A stretch of 64,000 nucleotides of DNA from an uncultured delta proteobacterium (GCA_963711565.1 CAVQEQ010000001.1:384001-448000); one strand, 5' to 3'. Shown: positions 1 through 11,117, counted from the stretch's first letter. Program-made: numbers and translations. The notes: generated by a model not told the origin, from the sequence alone.

Positions 1-1049
1 AGCGCGCACGCATCGACAAGATGCTGTCGTCGCAGGAGTTGCGCATCCTGATTACGGCGCTCGGGATGGGAATCGGCAACGACAAAGATCTCACCAAGCT
101 GCGCTATCACACAATCGTGATCATGACCGACGCCGACGTTGACGGCTCGCACATCCGCACGCTGTTGCTGACGTTCTTCTTCCGCCAGTTCATCGAGATT
201 ATCGAGAACGGTCATCTTTACGTCGCGCAGCCGCCGCTGTTCCGCGCCAAGAAGGGCAAGACTGAGCGCTATCTCAAGGACGAGACGGCGCTCGAAGATT
301 ACCTGACTGATCTTGGCGCTGAGGCGGTGACGTTCGAGGCGGGAAAGGGCAAGGATGCGCGGGAGTTCAAGGGCGCGTCGTTGAAGACAATCGTGCGCAA
401 GGCGCTATTCTTCGAAAAAATGTTCGAGGCGCTCGAGCGGCGTTCGAAGGAGCGCTCGATCATCGCGTCGCTTGCCAAGCTGGCGGGCGACAAAACGATC
501 GGCGACGAGAATTTTGAATCCGAGAAAGCCGCGAAGCAGATGGCTGAAGCGATTCGCAAGGACTCGAAGAACGACAATCTCGTTTACAAGCTCGAAGCCG
601 ACGGCGAAGCGCATTGGCGCGCCGTGTTCAGCCATTCGCAAAACGGTGCGACTCCGCCGACGGTGGTCAACCTGACGCTGTTGCATAGTGGAGAACTGCG
701 CGAGATTCGGCGGCTCAATCCGGAATTCGACGCGATCAAGGCGCCGTACAAGCTGAAAATTGGCGAAGGCGAATCCACCGTCGATACGCTCAAGGCGGTG
801 GCGGAGGGCGTGCTCGCGGCGGGACAAAAGGGCGTCGACATCCAACGCTACAAGGGACTGGGCGAGATGAATCCGGGCCAGCTTTGGGAGACCACGATGA
901 ACCCGGAGACGCGCGCGATGCTGCGGGTACAGATTTCGTCGCGCGAGGAAGCCGAGGAAATCTTCGGCACGCTGATGGGCGACGTGGTCGAGCCGCGCCG
1001 CCTGTTCATCGAAGAAAACGCACTCAACGTGCGCAACCTCGACATCTGA
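1..1049 (+). CDS. gyrB: DNA gyrase subunit B, C-terminal part (gene begins upstream of window)
   Basis: TOPRIM motif IMTDADVDGSHIRTLLLTFF, QRYKGLGEMNP, terminal PRRLFIEENALNVRNLDI; long proteobacterial-type insert. Confidence 0.97.
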   Translation, partial: RARIDKMLSSQELRILITALGMGIGNDKDLTKLRYHTIVIMTDADVDGSHIRTLLLTFFFRQFIEIIENGHLYVAQPPLFRAKKGKTERYLKDETALEDYLTDLGAEAVTFEAGKGKDAREFKGASLKTIVRKALFFEKMFEALERRSKERSIIASLAKLAGDKTIGDENFESEKAAKQMAEAIRKDSKNDNLVYKLEADGEAHWRAVFSHSQNGATPPTVVNLTLLHSGELREIRRLNPEFDAIKAPYKLKIGEGESTVDTLKAVAEGVLAAGQKGVDIQRYKGLGEMNPGQLWETTMNPETRAMLRVQISSREEAEEIFGTLMGDVVEPRRLFIEENALNVRNLDI

Positions 1050-1090
1050 CGAGCCGCGCACGACGTTGATGCGAGGTCCGAACGCGTCGC

Positions 1091-1330
1091 ATGTCATCGA
1101 GGGAATCTTTGCACGAAGAAATCCGCATCATGGCGACGAACTGCGCCGTGTGCGAGCGTGACGCCCGCGACGCGGAACAAAATCTGGGCGTGGCGATCGG
1201 CCTCGACGGCATCGCGCACCCTGAAGATTCTTTCGCGTACGACCTGCTGCCGCATCGACGCGAATTCCATCGCGAAAAACTGCTGCGGAAAATTCAGGAG
1301 TGGGCGGCGCTCGAAGAACAATGCGGCTAA
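1091..1330 (+). CDS. 79-aa hypothetical protein with CxxC, between gyrB and gyrA
   Basis: ORF fills the gyrB-gyrA gap on the same strand; host-like codon use; CAVC motif; GAGG upstream. Confidence 0.6.
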   Translation: MSSRESLHEEIRIMATNCAVCERDARDAEQNLGVAIGLDGIAHPEDSFAYDLLPHRREFHREKLLRKIQEWAALEEQCG

Positions 1331-1381
1331 TCGAAATAAAAATTCGCGAGCGCTCGGAACTCGCGGGAGCTTCCAAGTTAA

Positions 1382-3925
1382 ATGGCTGAAACCAACGGCA
1401 ACGAACCGCATCGCAACGAACCCGCGCTGCTGAATATCGAAGACGACATGCGCCAGTCCTACCTGGACTACGCGATGTCGGTGAATATCGGACGCGCGTT
1501 GCCACAGATTCGCGACGGCCTCAAGCCGGTCCATCGACGCATCCTGTACGCGATGTTCCGCACGGGCCTGCTCTCGAATCGACGCTATACCAAGTGCGCC
1601 GCGGTCGTGGGCGAGGTGCTTGCGCGTTACCATCCGCATGGCGACATGGCGGTTTACGATTCGCTCGTGCGCATGGCGCAGCCGTTCAGCCTCCGCTACC
1701 TGCTCATCGACGGCCAGGGCAATTTTGGATCCGTCAACGGCGACCCGCCCGCCGCCTATCGCTACACCGAATGCAAGTTGACGCGGCTGGCCGAGCGGAT
1801 GCTCGCCGACATCGACAAGGACACTGTCGACTTCGTCCCCAACTTCGACGGCTCGCACATGGAGCCCGACATTCTGCCCGCGCAGTTTCCGAACCTGCTG
1901 GTTAACGGCTCCGACGGCATCGCGGTTGGGATGGCGACGAACATCCCGCCGCACAATCTCGGCGAGGTTTGCGACGCGCTGCTCGCGCTCATCAACAAAC
2001 CGAACATCACGCACGAAGAGATTCTCGACATTATACCCGGTCCCGATTTTCCGACCGGCGGGCAGTTACTCGGGCGTCAGGCGATTCGCCAGGCCTACCT
2101 CACCGGCCGCGGCACTCTCACCATGCGCGCTCTGGCAGCCATCGAGACCGACAAGCGCAGTTCGCGCGCCTCGATCATCATTCGCGAAATTCCCTACCAG
2201 GTGAACAAGGCGCGGATGATCGAGCGGGTGGCCGAGCTGGTCAACGACAAGCGCATCGAAGGCATCAGCGACATCCGCGACGAGTCGGATCGCGACGGCA
2301 TGCGCGTCGTCGTTGAGCTCAAGCGCGATGCCGAACCCCGCATCGTCCTCAACCAGCTCTACAAGCTCACCCAGATGCAGCAGGGCTACGGCATCATCCT
2401 GCTCGGCATCCACGAGGGCCGGCCCAAGGAGATGACGCTGCTGCAGATGCTCGTCGCGTTCCTCGAGCATCGCAAAATCGTCCTCACGCGGCGCACGCGT
2501 TTCGAGTTGAAGGAGGCCGAAGCGCGCCTCCATATCCTCGACGGTCTGCTTATCGCGCTGAAGAACCTCGACGCGGTGATCAAGTTGATTCGCGGATCGA
2601 AGGACGCCGAGACCGCCCGCTCAGGCCTGATGAAGCAATTCGGCCTGTCGCAGTTGCAGGCGCAGGCGATCCTCGATCTGACGCTGCGCCGTCTGACTTC
2701 GCTCGAGCGCGAAAAAATCGAAACCGAGCACAAGGAAACCGTCGCTCTCATCGCGCGCTACAAGAAAATACTCGCAGACGAAAAAGAATTGTTGAAGCTG
2801 ATCGCCGGCGAGCTCGACGAAATCAAAAAGGAGTTCGCCGATCCCCGCCGCACCCAGATCATCGAGGCCGAGGGCGAGTTCTCGGTTGAGGATCTGATTG
2901 TTGAAGAGGATCAGCTCGTCACGGTCACGCACGGCGGCTACATCAAGCGCACCCCGCTCTCGCTCTATCGTACACAGAAGCGCGGCGGCCGCGGCAAGAT
3001 TGGCGCGACGACCACTGAAGAGGATTTCGTCGAACATCTCGAGCGGGTCTCGACCCACGACCGCCTGATGTTCTTCACCAGCGCCGGCAAGGTTTACGAG
3101 CTGAAGGCCTACGAATTGCCCGAGGGCGGCCGCGCTGCCAAGGGACGCTCGATCGCAAACCTGCTCAGCCTCGCCAACGATGAGACGCTGTCCGCATTTA
3201 TTCCCGTACCGCGTGAAACCGCCGGCAAGTTCGTCTTTTTCGCGACCAGTCGCGGCCGCGTGAAGAAGACCGCGCTGGACGAATACGAAAATATTCGCTC
3301 GACCGGAATCATCGCGATCAACCTCGAAGACGGCGACACGCTGGTCGATGTGCGCATCACCGACGGCAATCAGCAAATCGTGCTCTCGACGCGCGAGGGC
3401 CAGGCGATTCGCTTCAAGGAAGAAGAAGCGCGCCCGATGGGCCGCGCCACCGGCGGCGTCGTCGGCATGGAACTCGAATCGCAAACCGTCAAGGAAGGCA
3501 AGACTGTCATCCTGATCGAGGACGAAGTCGTTTCGATGTCCACCGTGCGCGACGACGAGACCCTCCTCACCGTTTCCGAACTCGGCTACGGCAAACGCAC
3601 GCCCGCCTCCGATTACCGGCTCACGCATCGCGGCGGCAAGGGCGTCATCACGATGAACGTGACCGAGAAGACCGGCAAGGTGATCAGCGTCCGCCAGGTC
3701 GGCATCGACGACCAGGTGATGCTGATAACCGACGGCGGCAAAGTGATTCGGCTGGCGGTCAAGGGCGTGCGCATCACTGGCCGCAACGCGCAGGGCGTCC
3801 ACATGGTGCGGCTCGAGGGCAGCGAACGCGTTCGCGCGGTGGCCGGGATGGCCGAGCGCGACGACGACGAAGCCAACGGCAACGGATCGAACGGCAACGG
3901 GGATGGAGATGATTCGGCCGAGTAG
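1382..3925 (+). CDS. gyrA: DNA gyrase subunit A
   Basis: [23 protein letters not shown], catalytic RYTE, GyrA-box QKRGGRG, C-terminal beta-pinwheel repeats, acidic tail. Confidence 0.98.
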   Translation: MAETNGNEPHRNEPALLNIEDDMRQSYLDYAMSVNIGRALPQIRDGLKPVHRRILYAMFRTGLLSNRRYTKCAAVVGEVLARYHPHGDMAVYDSLVRMAQPFSLRYLLIDGQGNFGSVNGDPPAAYRYTECKLTRLAERMLADIDKDTVDFVPNFDGSHMEPDILPAQFPNLLVNGSDGIAVGMATNIPPHNLGEVCDALLALINKPNITHEEILDIIPGPDFPTGGQLLGRQAIRQAYLTGRGTLTMRALAAIETDKRSSRASIIIREIPYQVNKARMIERVAELVNDKRIEGISDIRDESDRDGMRVVVELKRDAEPRIVLNQLYKLTQMQQGYGIILLGIHEGRPKEMTLLQMLVAFLEHRKIVLTRRTRFELKEAEARLHILDGLLIALKNLDAVIKLIRGSKDAETARSGLMKQFGLSQLQAQAILDLTLRRLTSLEREKIETEHKETVALIARYKKILADEKELLKLIAGELDEIKKEFADPRRTQIIEAEGEFSVEDLIVEEDQLVTVTHGGYIKRTPLSLYRTQKRGGRGKIGATTTEEDFVEHLERVSTHDRLMFFTSAGKVYELKAYELPEGGRAAKGRSIANLLSLANDETLSAFIPVPRETAGKFVFFATSRGRVKKTALDEYENIRSTGIIAINLEDGDTLVDVRITDGNQQIVLSTREGQAIRFKEEEARPMGRATGGVVGMELESQTVKEGKTVILIEDEVVSMSTVRDDETLLTVSELGYGKRTPASDYRLTHRGGKGVITMNVTEKTGKVISVRQVGIDDQVMLITDGGKVIRLAVKGVRITGRNAQGVHMVRLEGSERVRAVAGMAERDDDEANGNGSNGNGDGDDSAE

Positions 3926-3930
3926 CTAAT

Positions 3931-3958
3931 CGACTGACTATTCGCTAATAGTCAGTCG
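3931..3958. terminator. Hairpin between convergent gyrA and GST (possible bidirectional terminator)
   Basis: Perfect 12-bp stem CGACTGACTATT-cgct-AATAGTCAGTCG; no clear U-tract. Confidence 0.5.
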
Positions 3959-3973
3959 TTAAATAGTCACTGA

Positions 3974-4582
3974 CTACGCTTTCGCACTCGGGCGCGAAGA
4001 CACTTTGCTGTACCATCGCGCCAGGTTCGTCTGTTCCGGCCGAATCCGGATATCGACCGTCTGCGCGAAATCGATCATGCACAGCGTCGTGATGTCCGCG
4101 ATCGAATACCGGTCGCCCGCGATGAATTCGCGATTTCCTAGCTCGGAATCCAGCCATGCGATGCGATCGATCGCAGAGCGTTTCTGAATCTCGCCGAATT
4201 CCGGTATCCGGCGACCGCGCCCTTCTGCAACCTTACTTAGATGCGACCACACGTGTCCCACCGGCGCGAAGATTTCGAGTTCGATTCTCCGATTCCACAT
4301 CTCGACTATCGCCTGCTCGCGCGCACCGACACCAAACAGCGGCAGCTCCGGTTGCATTTCGTCGAAGTAACGGCAGATCGCGACGCTCTCCGACAGACAA
4401 CTGCCGTCGTCGAGCTCGAGAATCGGCAGCGAGCCAAGCGGATTCTTCCTGTAGAACTCGGGCGTGCGGTTGGCGTTGCGCATGATATCGACTTGCACGA
4501 GCTCGAGGTCGATCCCCTTCTCCGCGAGGAAGATCCTCACGCGGCGCGGACTCGGCGCGAGCGTGAAATCGTACATCTTCAT
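3974..4582 (-). CDS. Glutathione S-transferase family protein (GTT2-like)
   Basis: APSPRRVRIFLAEKG, NPLGSLPILELDDG, ESVAICRY, FIAGDRYSIADI; ATGA overlap with the upstream aminotransferase. Confidence 0.92.
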   Translation of the reverse strand: MKMYDFTLAPSPRRVRIFLAEKGIDLELVQVDIMRNANRTPEFYRKNPLGSLPILELDDGSCLSESVAICRYFDEMQPELPLFGVGAREQAIVEMWNRRIELEIFAPVGHVWSHLSKVAEGRGRRIPEFGEIQKRSAIDRIAWLDSELGNREFIAGDRYSIADITTLCMIDFAQTVDIRIRPEQTNLARWYSKVSSRPSAKA

Positions 4583-5799
4583 GATGCTTCCACGGGCGGC
4601 TCTCCCGCTCCTGTCCCTTCCGCGCTGTACGCATCGTCGGCCGCGGTCAGCGCCCTTCCCCGCGCAATCTCGAATCCCATCGAGCCGAGAATCTCTTCGA
4701 GCGTGTTGAGCGCGAGCATCACGTTCTCACGACGCGAACCTTCGCCCATCAGGCCGACGCGCCAGATCTTGCCCTTGAGCGGTCCGAGTCCTGCCGCAAT
4801 TTCGATATTGAACAGCCGCAGCAATTCCGCGCGCACCTTGACGTCGTCGATTCCGGCTGGCACCGCGATCGTCGTGAGCTGCGGCAAGCGATGTCCTTCC
4901 TGCGCGGCAAGCTGCAGACCCATCGCGCGCACTCCGGCCTGGAACGCAGCCGCGTTGACACGATGCCTCTTCCATCGCGCTTCCAGCCCTTCCTCGACGA
5001 CGATCCGCAGCGCCTCGTAGAGCGCATAGTTCATCGTGATCGGCGCCGTATGGTGGTACAGCCGGTCGGGCCCCCAGTACTGCTCGATCAGAGCAACGTC
5101 GAAGTACCACGAGCGGCACTTCGTTTTGCGCGTGCGCACCGATTCCATCGCGCGCTCGCTGAACGTCACCGGCGACAGCCCCGGCGGCGCGCCGAGTCCC
5201 TTCTGCGTGCAGCTGTAACACGCGTCGATGTTCCACTTGTCGATCTCGACCGGCACGCAGGCGAGCGAGGTCACCGCGTCGATCGCAATCATCGCGCCGT
5301 GTCGATGCGCGAGCTCGGCAATTTCCTCGACCGGCTGATGTATCCCGGTCGAGGTCTCGGCGTGAACGACCGCGACGAGCTTCGGATTCTTCGCGGCCTT
5401 CAGCGCCGCCGCGACCTTTGCCGGCTCGACAATCGTTCCCCAATCCGCCTCGACCTTGCGAACCTTTGCGCCTAGCCGCGACGCGACTTCCGCCATCCGC
5501 GCGCCGAACGCGCCGTTGACACCGACCACGACCTCGTCGCCGTCTTCGATCAGATTCGCCATCACGGTTTCCATCCCCGCTGAACCAGTGCCCGAGACGG
5601 GAAACGTGATCTCATTCTTTGTGCGGAACACGATGCGCAGTAGCCGCTTGATGTTCTCCATCACCTTCAGAAAATCGGGATCGAGATGCCCGACGACCGG
5701 CGACGCCATCGCCTTCATCACACGCGGATTGACGTTCGATGGTCCCGGACCGAGCAGAATCCGCGCCGCAGGCCTGAGTTCCGGAAATGTATCCGCCAC
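4579..5799 (-). CDS. Alanine/serine-glyoxylate aminotransferase (class V PLP enzyme)
   Basis: LLGPGPSNV, VSGTGSAGME, VHAETSTG, DAVTSL, SCTQKGLGAPPGL (PLP Lys); GTG start at 5799 after GAAGGAG. Confidence 0.93.
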   Translation of the reverse strand: MADTFPELRPAARILLGPGPSNVNPRVMKAMASPVVGHLDPDFLKVMENIKRLLRIVFRTKNEITFPVSGTGSAGMETVMANLIEDGDEVVVGVNGAFGARMAEVASRLGAKVRKVEADWGTIVEPAKVAAALKAAKNPKLVAVVHAETSTGIHQPVEEIAELAHRHGAMIAIDAVTSLACVPVEIDKWNIDACYSCTQKGLGAPPGLSPVTFSERAMESVRTRKTKCRSWYFDVALIEQYWGPDRLYHHTAPITMNYALYEALRIVVEEGLEARWKRHRVNAAAFQAGVRAMGLQLAAQEGHRLPQLTTIAVPAGIDDVKVRAELLRLFNIEIAAGLGPLKGKIWRVGLMGEGSRRENVMLALNTLEEILGSMGFEIARGRALTAADDAYSAEGTGAGEPPVEAS

Positions 5800-5924
5800 G
5801 TGTGTTTCTCCTTCCACGATTACTGGCTGAAATCGAACCTTGCTATTATGACCGCGAAGGATCAACCGCAAAAGCGGCCGGCGTGGTAGAGTGCTGCGGA
5901 AGTGAACGCGCCGGCGCAACAACA

Positions 5925-7358
5925 ATGAGTACCATCGACCGCAACCTGCTCGACGAGCTTCACGAAATTCTGGGCGACGGCGGAATTGTCTCGCGCACCA
6001 CCGAGCTGAAGGTTTACGAGTGCGACGGATGGACCGTCGAAAAAAGCGCCCCCGACGTGCTGCTGCTCCCGCGCTCGACTTCGCAGTTGAGCGCCGTCCT
6101 CGCCGCGCTCCATCATCGCGGCATTGCCTTCGTACCGCGCGGCGCTGGCACGGGCCTCTCCGGCGGATGCCTGCCGCTGGACGCGCCCGCGATGATCTGC
6201 ACATCGAAGATGAACCGGATCGTCGAAATCGATCTCGACAATCGGCGCGTTGTCGCCGAAAGCGGCGTCGTCAACCTGCACGTCACCAACGCCGTCAAAT
6301 CGAAGGGATATTTCTACGCGCCCGATCCGTCATCGCAGGTCGCGTGCTCGATCGGCGGCAACATCGCCGAGAATTCCGGCGGTCCGCACACTTTGAAATA
6401 CGGCGTGACCACCAACCACGTGCTCGCGCTCGAACTCGTTCTGCCCGACGGCGAAGTCGTCGAACTCGGCGGACCCACCGAAGAGCGATGCGGTTACGAT
6501 TTGGTCGGCGCAGTCGTCGGCGCGGAGGGCACCACGGGAATTGTCGCGCGCGCAACGCTGAAGCTGATGCGCGAGCCGGAGAATCACCGCACGCTCCTCG
6601 CCGCATTTCCCGACGCCGACACCGCGACGCGAGCCGTGTCGATGATCATAGCGTCGGGAATCGTGCCGGCCGCTCTCAAGATGATGGACCAGCTCATCAT
6701 TCGCGCCGTCGAGGAGGCCTTCCGTGTCGGCCTCCCTCTCGACGCCGGCGCGGTGCTGATCATCGAGCTCGAAGGTCTCGAGGCCGGGCTGACAACGTAC
6801 GCCGACGAGGTCACCAGAATAGTGAGCACGGCCGGCGCGTCGAGCGTCAGGCTCGCGCGCGACGAAGCGGAGCGTACGCTGCTGTGGAAGGCGCGCAAAC
6901 GGGCTTTTGGAGCCGTCGGGCGCCTCGCGCCGAATTACGCGACTCAGGACGGAGTCGTGCCGCGAACCTGCCTGCCGCGAATTCTGCGCCTGATCGCCAA
7001 CGTCAGCCGTCGCTACGACTTGCGCATCGGCAACGTGTTCCACGCCGGCGACGGCAATTTGCATCCGATCATTCTCTACGACGAGCGCGAACCCGATCAG
7101 GTCCGCCGCGCAATCGACGCGGGCCGCGAAATTCTCAAAGCTTGCATCGAGATGGGCGGCAGCCTCACCGGCGAGCACGGAATCGGCGTCGAGAAAATCG
7201 GCGAGATGCCGCTGATGTTCTCGCCCGACGATCTTCGCGTCATGACCGAACTGCGCCACGTCTTCGATCCATTTGAGCGATCGAATCCTGGCAAGGTGAT
7301 CCCGCGGCCCGGTGCATGCGTCGAAGTCGCGACGCCGCGCCGCCAAGTGCCGATCTAA
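5925..7358 (+). CDS. glcD: Glycolate oxidase FAD-linked subunit GlcD
   Basis: PRGAGTGLSGG, PDPSSQ..CSIGGNIAENSGGPH, HAGDGNLHP, GEHGIGVEK. Confidence 0.9.
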   Translation: MSTIDRNLLDELHEILGDGGIVSRTTELKVYECDGWTVEKSAPDVLLLPRSTSQLSAVLAALHHRGIAFVPRGAGTGLSGGCLPLDAPAMICTSKMNRIVEIDLDNRRVVAESGVVNLHVTNAVKSKGYFYAPDPSSQVACSIGGNIAENSGGPHTLKYGVTTNHVLALELVLPDGEVVELGGPTEERCGYDLVGAVVGAEGTTGIVARATLKLMREPENHRTLLAAFPDADTATRAVSMIIASGIVPAALKMMDQLIIRAVEEAFRVGLPLDAGAVLIIELEGLEAGLTTYADEVTRIVSTAGASSVRLARDEAERTLLWKARKRAFGAVGRLAPNYATQDGVVPRTCLPRILRLIANVSRRYDLRIGNVFHAGDGNLHPIILYDEREPDQVRRAIDAGREILKACIEMGGSLTGEHGIGVEKIGEMPLMFSPDDLRVMTELRHVFDPFERSNPGKVIPRPGACVEVATPRRQVPI

Positions 7359-7366
7359 CGGCTATC

Positions 7367-8632
7367 GTGGCTGCGATTGCATCTTCAAATCTCGCGAATC
7401 GGCTCGAGTCGATCGTCGGCGCCGGCCGCGTTCGCGCGCCAATCAATTCTGAAGTGCGCGCTGCAAACATGGTCGTCGAGCCCGCCTCCGTCGAGGAAAT
7501 CTGCGAACTCGTCCGTATGTGCGAAGCGGAGCGGATCGCGCTGGCTCCCGTCGGCGCGGCACGCTCACTCGCGGGCATTCGACGCACGCCGGTCGCGCTC
7601 GGCATCTCGATGACGCGCCTTGCGCGGATCGTCGCCCACGAACCGCACGACATGACAGTTGTCGCGGAATCTGGAATCACCGTCGGCGCTCTGAATGATG
7701 CGATGGCTTCTGCGCGCCAACGACTTCCCGTCGATCCATGCAATCCAGCCATGACAACCCTCGGCTCGTTGGTTTGCGCCGCGCACTCCGGACCGCTGCG
7801 CCTCGCTGAAGGCACTTCGCGCGACTTGCTGATCGGAGTTCGCCTGGTCGGTCACGGCGGCAACGTCGTCCACGGTGGCGGCCGCGTGGTCAAAAACGTC
7901 GCCGGTTATGATTTGATGAAACTGATGGGCGGTTCCTTCGGCACACTTGGAATAGTAACTGAGGCGACGTTCAAAGTGCGTCCGATTCCACCTGAGTACT
8001 GTCTCGCGATAGTTCCTTTTGCGCTGGCCACCGACGCGTTCGCCGCAGTTTACATACTCAATGACGCTCTGCCACTGAGTAATCTGGAAATACTAAGTCC
8101 CGCGCTGACAACGCGCTTTAATTCTACAAGTCCATTTCTACTGCTCGCCGGTTTCTCCGGGGGTCCGCTCGAAATAGGCTACCAGGCCGAGCGAATTCGC
8201 GATCTGTTGATCGCGCGCGGCGAAATCCTCGACGGCGCCGCCGCATCCAAAAGTTACGAGCTGCTTCGCGACATAGACTTTTATTCGTATCCTCTGTCCG
8301 CACAAATCGCGGTTCCACCGGTGCATCTCGCGCGAGTGCTGGAAGCCTGCGGCGCCGATTTTCGTGCTCACGCCGGCACGGGAGTCGCCCAGGTTTTCTC
8401 CGCAGACGAGCAATCGTCCGAAGCCGCCGTCAAAACCGTCATGCGATGGCGCGAGGCCGCGCATTCGGCGCGCGGCAATCTTCGGTTGCTCGCCGCCGCG
8501 CCCGCCATTCGTGACTCGCTGGAATTCTTCGACATGCCCAACGACGGCGCGCTCACGCTCATGCGGCGGCTCAAGGCCGCCTTCGATCCGGCCGGGATCT
8601 TCAACCCCGGATGCTTTGTCGGAGGAATCTGA
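7367..8632 (+). CDS. glcE: Glycolate oxidase FAD-binding subunit GlcE
   Basis: GGRVVKNVAGYDLMKLMGGSFGTLG, C-terminal LKAAFDPAGIFNPG; lies between glcD and glcF; start approximate. Confidence 0.88.
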   Translation: MAAIASSNLANRLESIVGAGRVRAPINSEVRAANMVVEPASVEEICELVRMCEAERIALAPVGAARSLAGIRRTPVALGISMTRLARIVAHEPHDMTVVAESGITVGALNDAMASARQRLPVDPCNPAMTTLGSLVCAAHSGPLRLAEGTSRDLLIGVRLVGHGGNVVHGGGRVVKNVAGYDLMKLMGGSFGTLGIVTEATFKVRPIPPEYCLAIVPFALATDAFAAVYILNDALPLSNLEILSPALTTRFNSTSPFLLLAGFSGGPLEIGYQAERIRDLLIARGEILDGAAASKSYELLRDIDFYSYPLSAQIAVPPVHLARVLEACGADFRAHAGTGVAQVFSADEQSSEAAVKTVMRWREAAHSARGNLRLLAAAPAIRDSLEFFDMPNDGALTLMRRLKAAFDPAGIFNPGCFVGGI

Positions 8633-9908
8633 TGGCATCGCCGGCCGTCACATCATTCAGTCCGGTCCGCAACGTCTGCGACTACGAGCTGCTGTTCGAC
8701 TGCGTGCACTGCGGACTCTGCGCCGAGGCCTGTCCGACCTACATCGTGACGCGATGCGAGATGGACTCGCCGCGCGGCCGAATCTATCTGATGAAGTCGA
8801 TCGCCGAAGGCCGCATCGAGCTCGACGACGACGCCGCGCGCCACCTCGATTTGTGCCTCGGCTGCCGCGGATGCGAGACCGCCTGCCCTTCCGGCGTCCA
8901 CTATGGCCGCTTGATTGAAGGCGCGCGCTCATTCGTCGAGCGCAATCATCGCCGCAGTTTGGTCGATCGACTGAAGCGGCGCGCCGTCAGCGCGATTTTC
9001 CCCTACCCAAATCGTCTCCGCATGTTGCTCGCACCGTTGAAGCTCGTCGATCGCCTTGGTCTGACTGCCGCTCTGAGAACCATTGCGCCACGCACGATAC
9101 GCGACTGGCTCGATCTTCTTCCGTCGCTCGAAGGACGCGAACGCCCGCTCGCCAGCGAATCAACGGTCGCGCCACGCGCCGACGCACCCACAGTCGTCGT
9201 GCATCACGGATGCGTCGCGCAGGTGCTTGCGAATTCGGAAAACCTCAACAGCGAGCGCATTCTCGCCGCCGCCGGTTATCGCGTGGTCCAACTCGAACCG
9301 ACGGCATGCTGCGGTGCACTCGATCTGCATTCTGGGAACGCGGCGCGGGCGCGCGATTTCGCCCGTGCGAATGTTCGCGCGCTGAAGAAGTCTGGCGCCG
9401 ATGCGATCGTGTCGGCCGCATCTGGGTGCTCGGTCGCGATCGAGGAATACGCTGATCTTCTCAAAGACGAACCGGATTTCGTCGAAGACGCGCGCGCGAT
9501 TTCCTCGAGGGTCCGCGATTTGAGTTCCCTGCTGCTCGACGCGCCGGCAAATCCGAAACGCGAATTTCGAGGCCGTGTAACGTATCACGACGCTTGTCAC
9601 CTCGTGCACGGACTCGGCGTGCGCGACGCGCCGCGCAAGTTACTCGCTTCGATTCCGGGCGTGACGATCGTCGAGATGACCGAGTCCGACCTTTGTTGCG
9701 GCTCGGCCGGCTCTACAATTTGACCGAGCCTGCAATGGCGCGCGAACTGGCGCGGCGCAAAGCCGACAATATCGTCGCGACCGGCGCCGACTACGTCGTG
9801 CTTGCAAATCCCGGATGCGAGTTTCAGATCGCCGCTGAGCTTCGCCGGCGCGGTTCGAATATCAAGGTCGTTCACCTCGCCGACTTCCTCGCGATGGCAT
9901 CCCGGTGA
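8632..9908 (+). CDS. glcF: Glycolate oxidase Fe-S subunit GlcF with apparent 1-nt deletion near 9713
   Basis: CVHCGLCAEACP, CLGCRGCETACP, two CCG domains; CCGSAG continues as YNLTEP...ANPGC in another frame (ORF 9594-9908). Confidence 0.88.
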
Positions 9909-10504
9909 CCCTTCACGAAATCAAACTTTACTTCGCATACACGAGTCCGTACTCGTACCTCGCGATGCAACCCGCCTACGACCTCGAACAGTCTCACAGC
10001 GTGCGCCTACGTTTCATCCCGTACGGCGTGAACATCAGAAAGGTTTATGGCCCGCTCGATCGCGAGGACGCCGACCGGCGCAAGGTCCGGTACCTGTATA
10101 TCGACGCGCGCCGAATCGCGAAGGAGCGCGGGCTCGTCATCTATCCGCCGAAAAAGATTTTCAGCGCGCGACTCGCGTTCTACGGCGGTCTTTACGCGGA
10201 GAGATATCGACTCTTCCGGCCTTACTCGAGTCGCGTGTTCGAGCGATTCTGGAAACAGGAACTCGATGTGGAAAGCCGCGACGCAATCGCGGCGATCGTT
10301 GCCGAAGTCGGTCTAGATCCCGCCGAATTTCTTCGCTACGCCGACACTGATGCGCGCGCCGACCTCGACGCATGCTTTGCCGAAGCCGATCGCGACAAGA
10401 TTTTCGGCGTGCCGACCTTTATCGTGGACGGCGAACCGTTTTGGGGCGAGGATCGAATCGAGTGGGTGATTCGCAAGCTCGACGCGATGGGCCTTCGCCG
10501 CTGA
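9905..10504 (+). CDS. DsbA-like / 2-hydroxychromene-2-carboxylate isomerase (kappa GST) family protein
   Basis: YFAYTSPYSYLA and IFGVPTFIVDGEPFWGEDR motifs. Confidence 0.88.
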   Translation: MTLHEIKLYFAYTSPYSYLAMQPAYDLEQSHSVRLRFIPYGVNIRKVYGPLDREDADRRKVRYLYIDARRIAKERGLVIYPPKKIFSARLAFYGGLYAERYRLFRPYSSRVFERFWKQELDVESRDAIAAIVAEVGLDPAEFLRYADTDARADLDACFAEADRDKIFGVPTFIVDGEPFWGEDRIEWVIRKLDAMGLRR

Positions 10505-10508
10505 CGCT

Positions 10509-11117
10509 TCAGCGCTTGGTGATCGGAATGTGCCGAGGCTGCGATTTCACACGCTCGAGCCAAGCGCGAATCGCCGGATAGCCTGCCAAATCGAACCCAC
10601 CTTCATCCGCGACATGCGTGTAGGCATAGAGCGCGATGTCGGCGACGGAGTAACGTTCGCCGACGAACCACTCGCGCGCCTTCAGATGGTCTTCCATCAC
10701 GCCGAGCGCGTCGTAACCTCGCGGCCGCATCATCGTGTCCAGAATAGTGCGGCGCGGATCGGAAACATCGCGGTGAATCACCAGGTAGCGAACGCTCGCG
10801 ATATACGGCTCGTGGCTGTACTGCTCGAAGAACAACCACTGAAGAACCTGCGCGCGCTGGAAACGATCGGCCGGCATGAAGGACGTGCCTTCCGCAAAGT
10901 ACGAGATGATCGCGTTCGACTCGAACAGCAGTTTGCCGTCGTCGAATTCGATGGCAGGGATGCGGCCGTTCGGAAATTTGCGGAGAAATTCCGGCGTGCG
11001 CGTTTCGCCCTTGATGATGTTGATTTCGATTCGCTCGAAGGGAATTGCAAGCTGCGTCAGCAGCAGGCGAACCTTGTAGCCGTTGCCCGATGGCAGATAG
11101 TCGTACAGGCGAATCAT
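10509..11117 (-). CDS. Glutathione S-transferase family protein
   Basis: SGNGYKVRLLL, NGRIPAI, FESNAII, WLFFEQYSHEP, YSVADIALYAYTH. Confidence 0.92.
   Translation of the reverse strand: MIRLYDYLPSGNGYKVRLLLTQLAIPFERIEINIIKGETRTPEFLRKFPNGRIPAIEFDDGKLLFESNAIISYFAEGTSFMPADRFQRAQVLQWLFFEQYSHEPYIASVRYLVIHRDVSDPRRTILDTMMRPRGYDALGVMEDHLKAREWFVGERYSVADIALYAYTHVADEGGFDLAGYPAIRAWLERVKSQPRHIPITKR

Noticed and set aside
1733-1738. Alternative genetic code or A-to-I editing explaining Asn at conserved Asp sites
   Set aside because: AAC also encodes conserved Asn elsewhere, and the mirror C->T change occurs too, pointing to a DNA-level, motif-linked cause
7900-8300. AT-richer stretch inside glcE as a foreign insertion
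   Set aside because: Frame and length fit a normal GlcE; this is the poorly conserved part of the protein and has no boundary repeats
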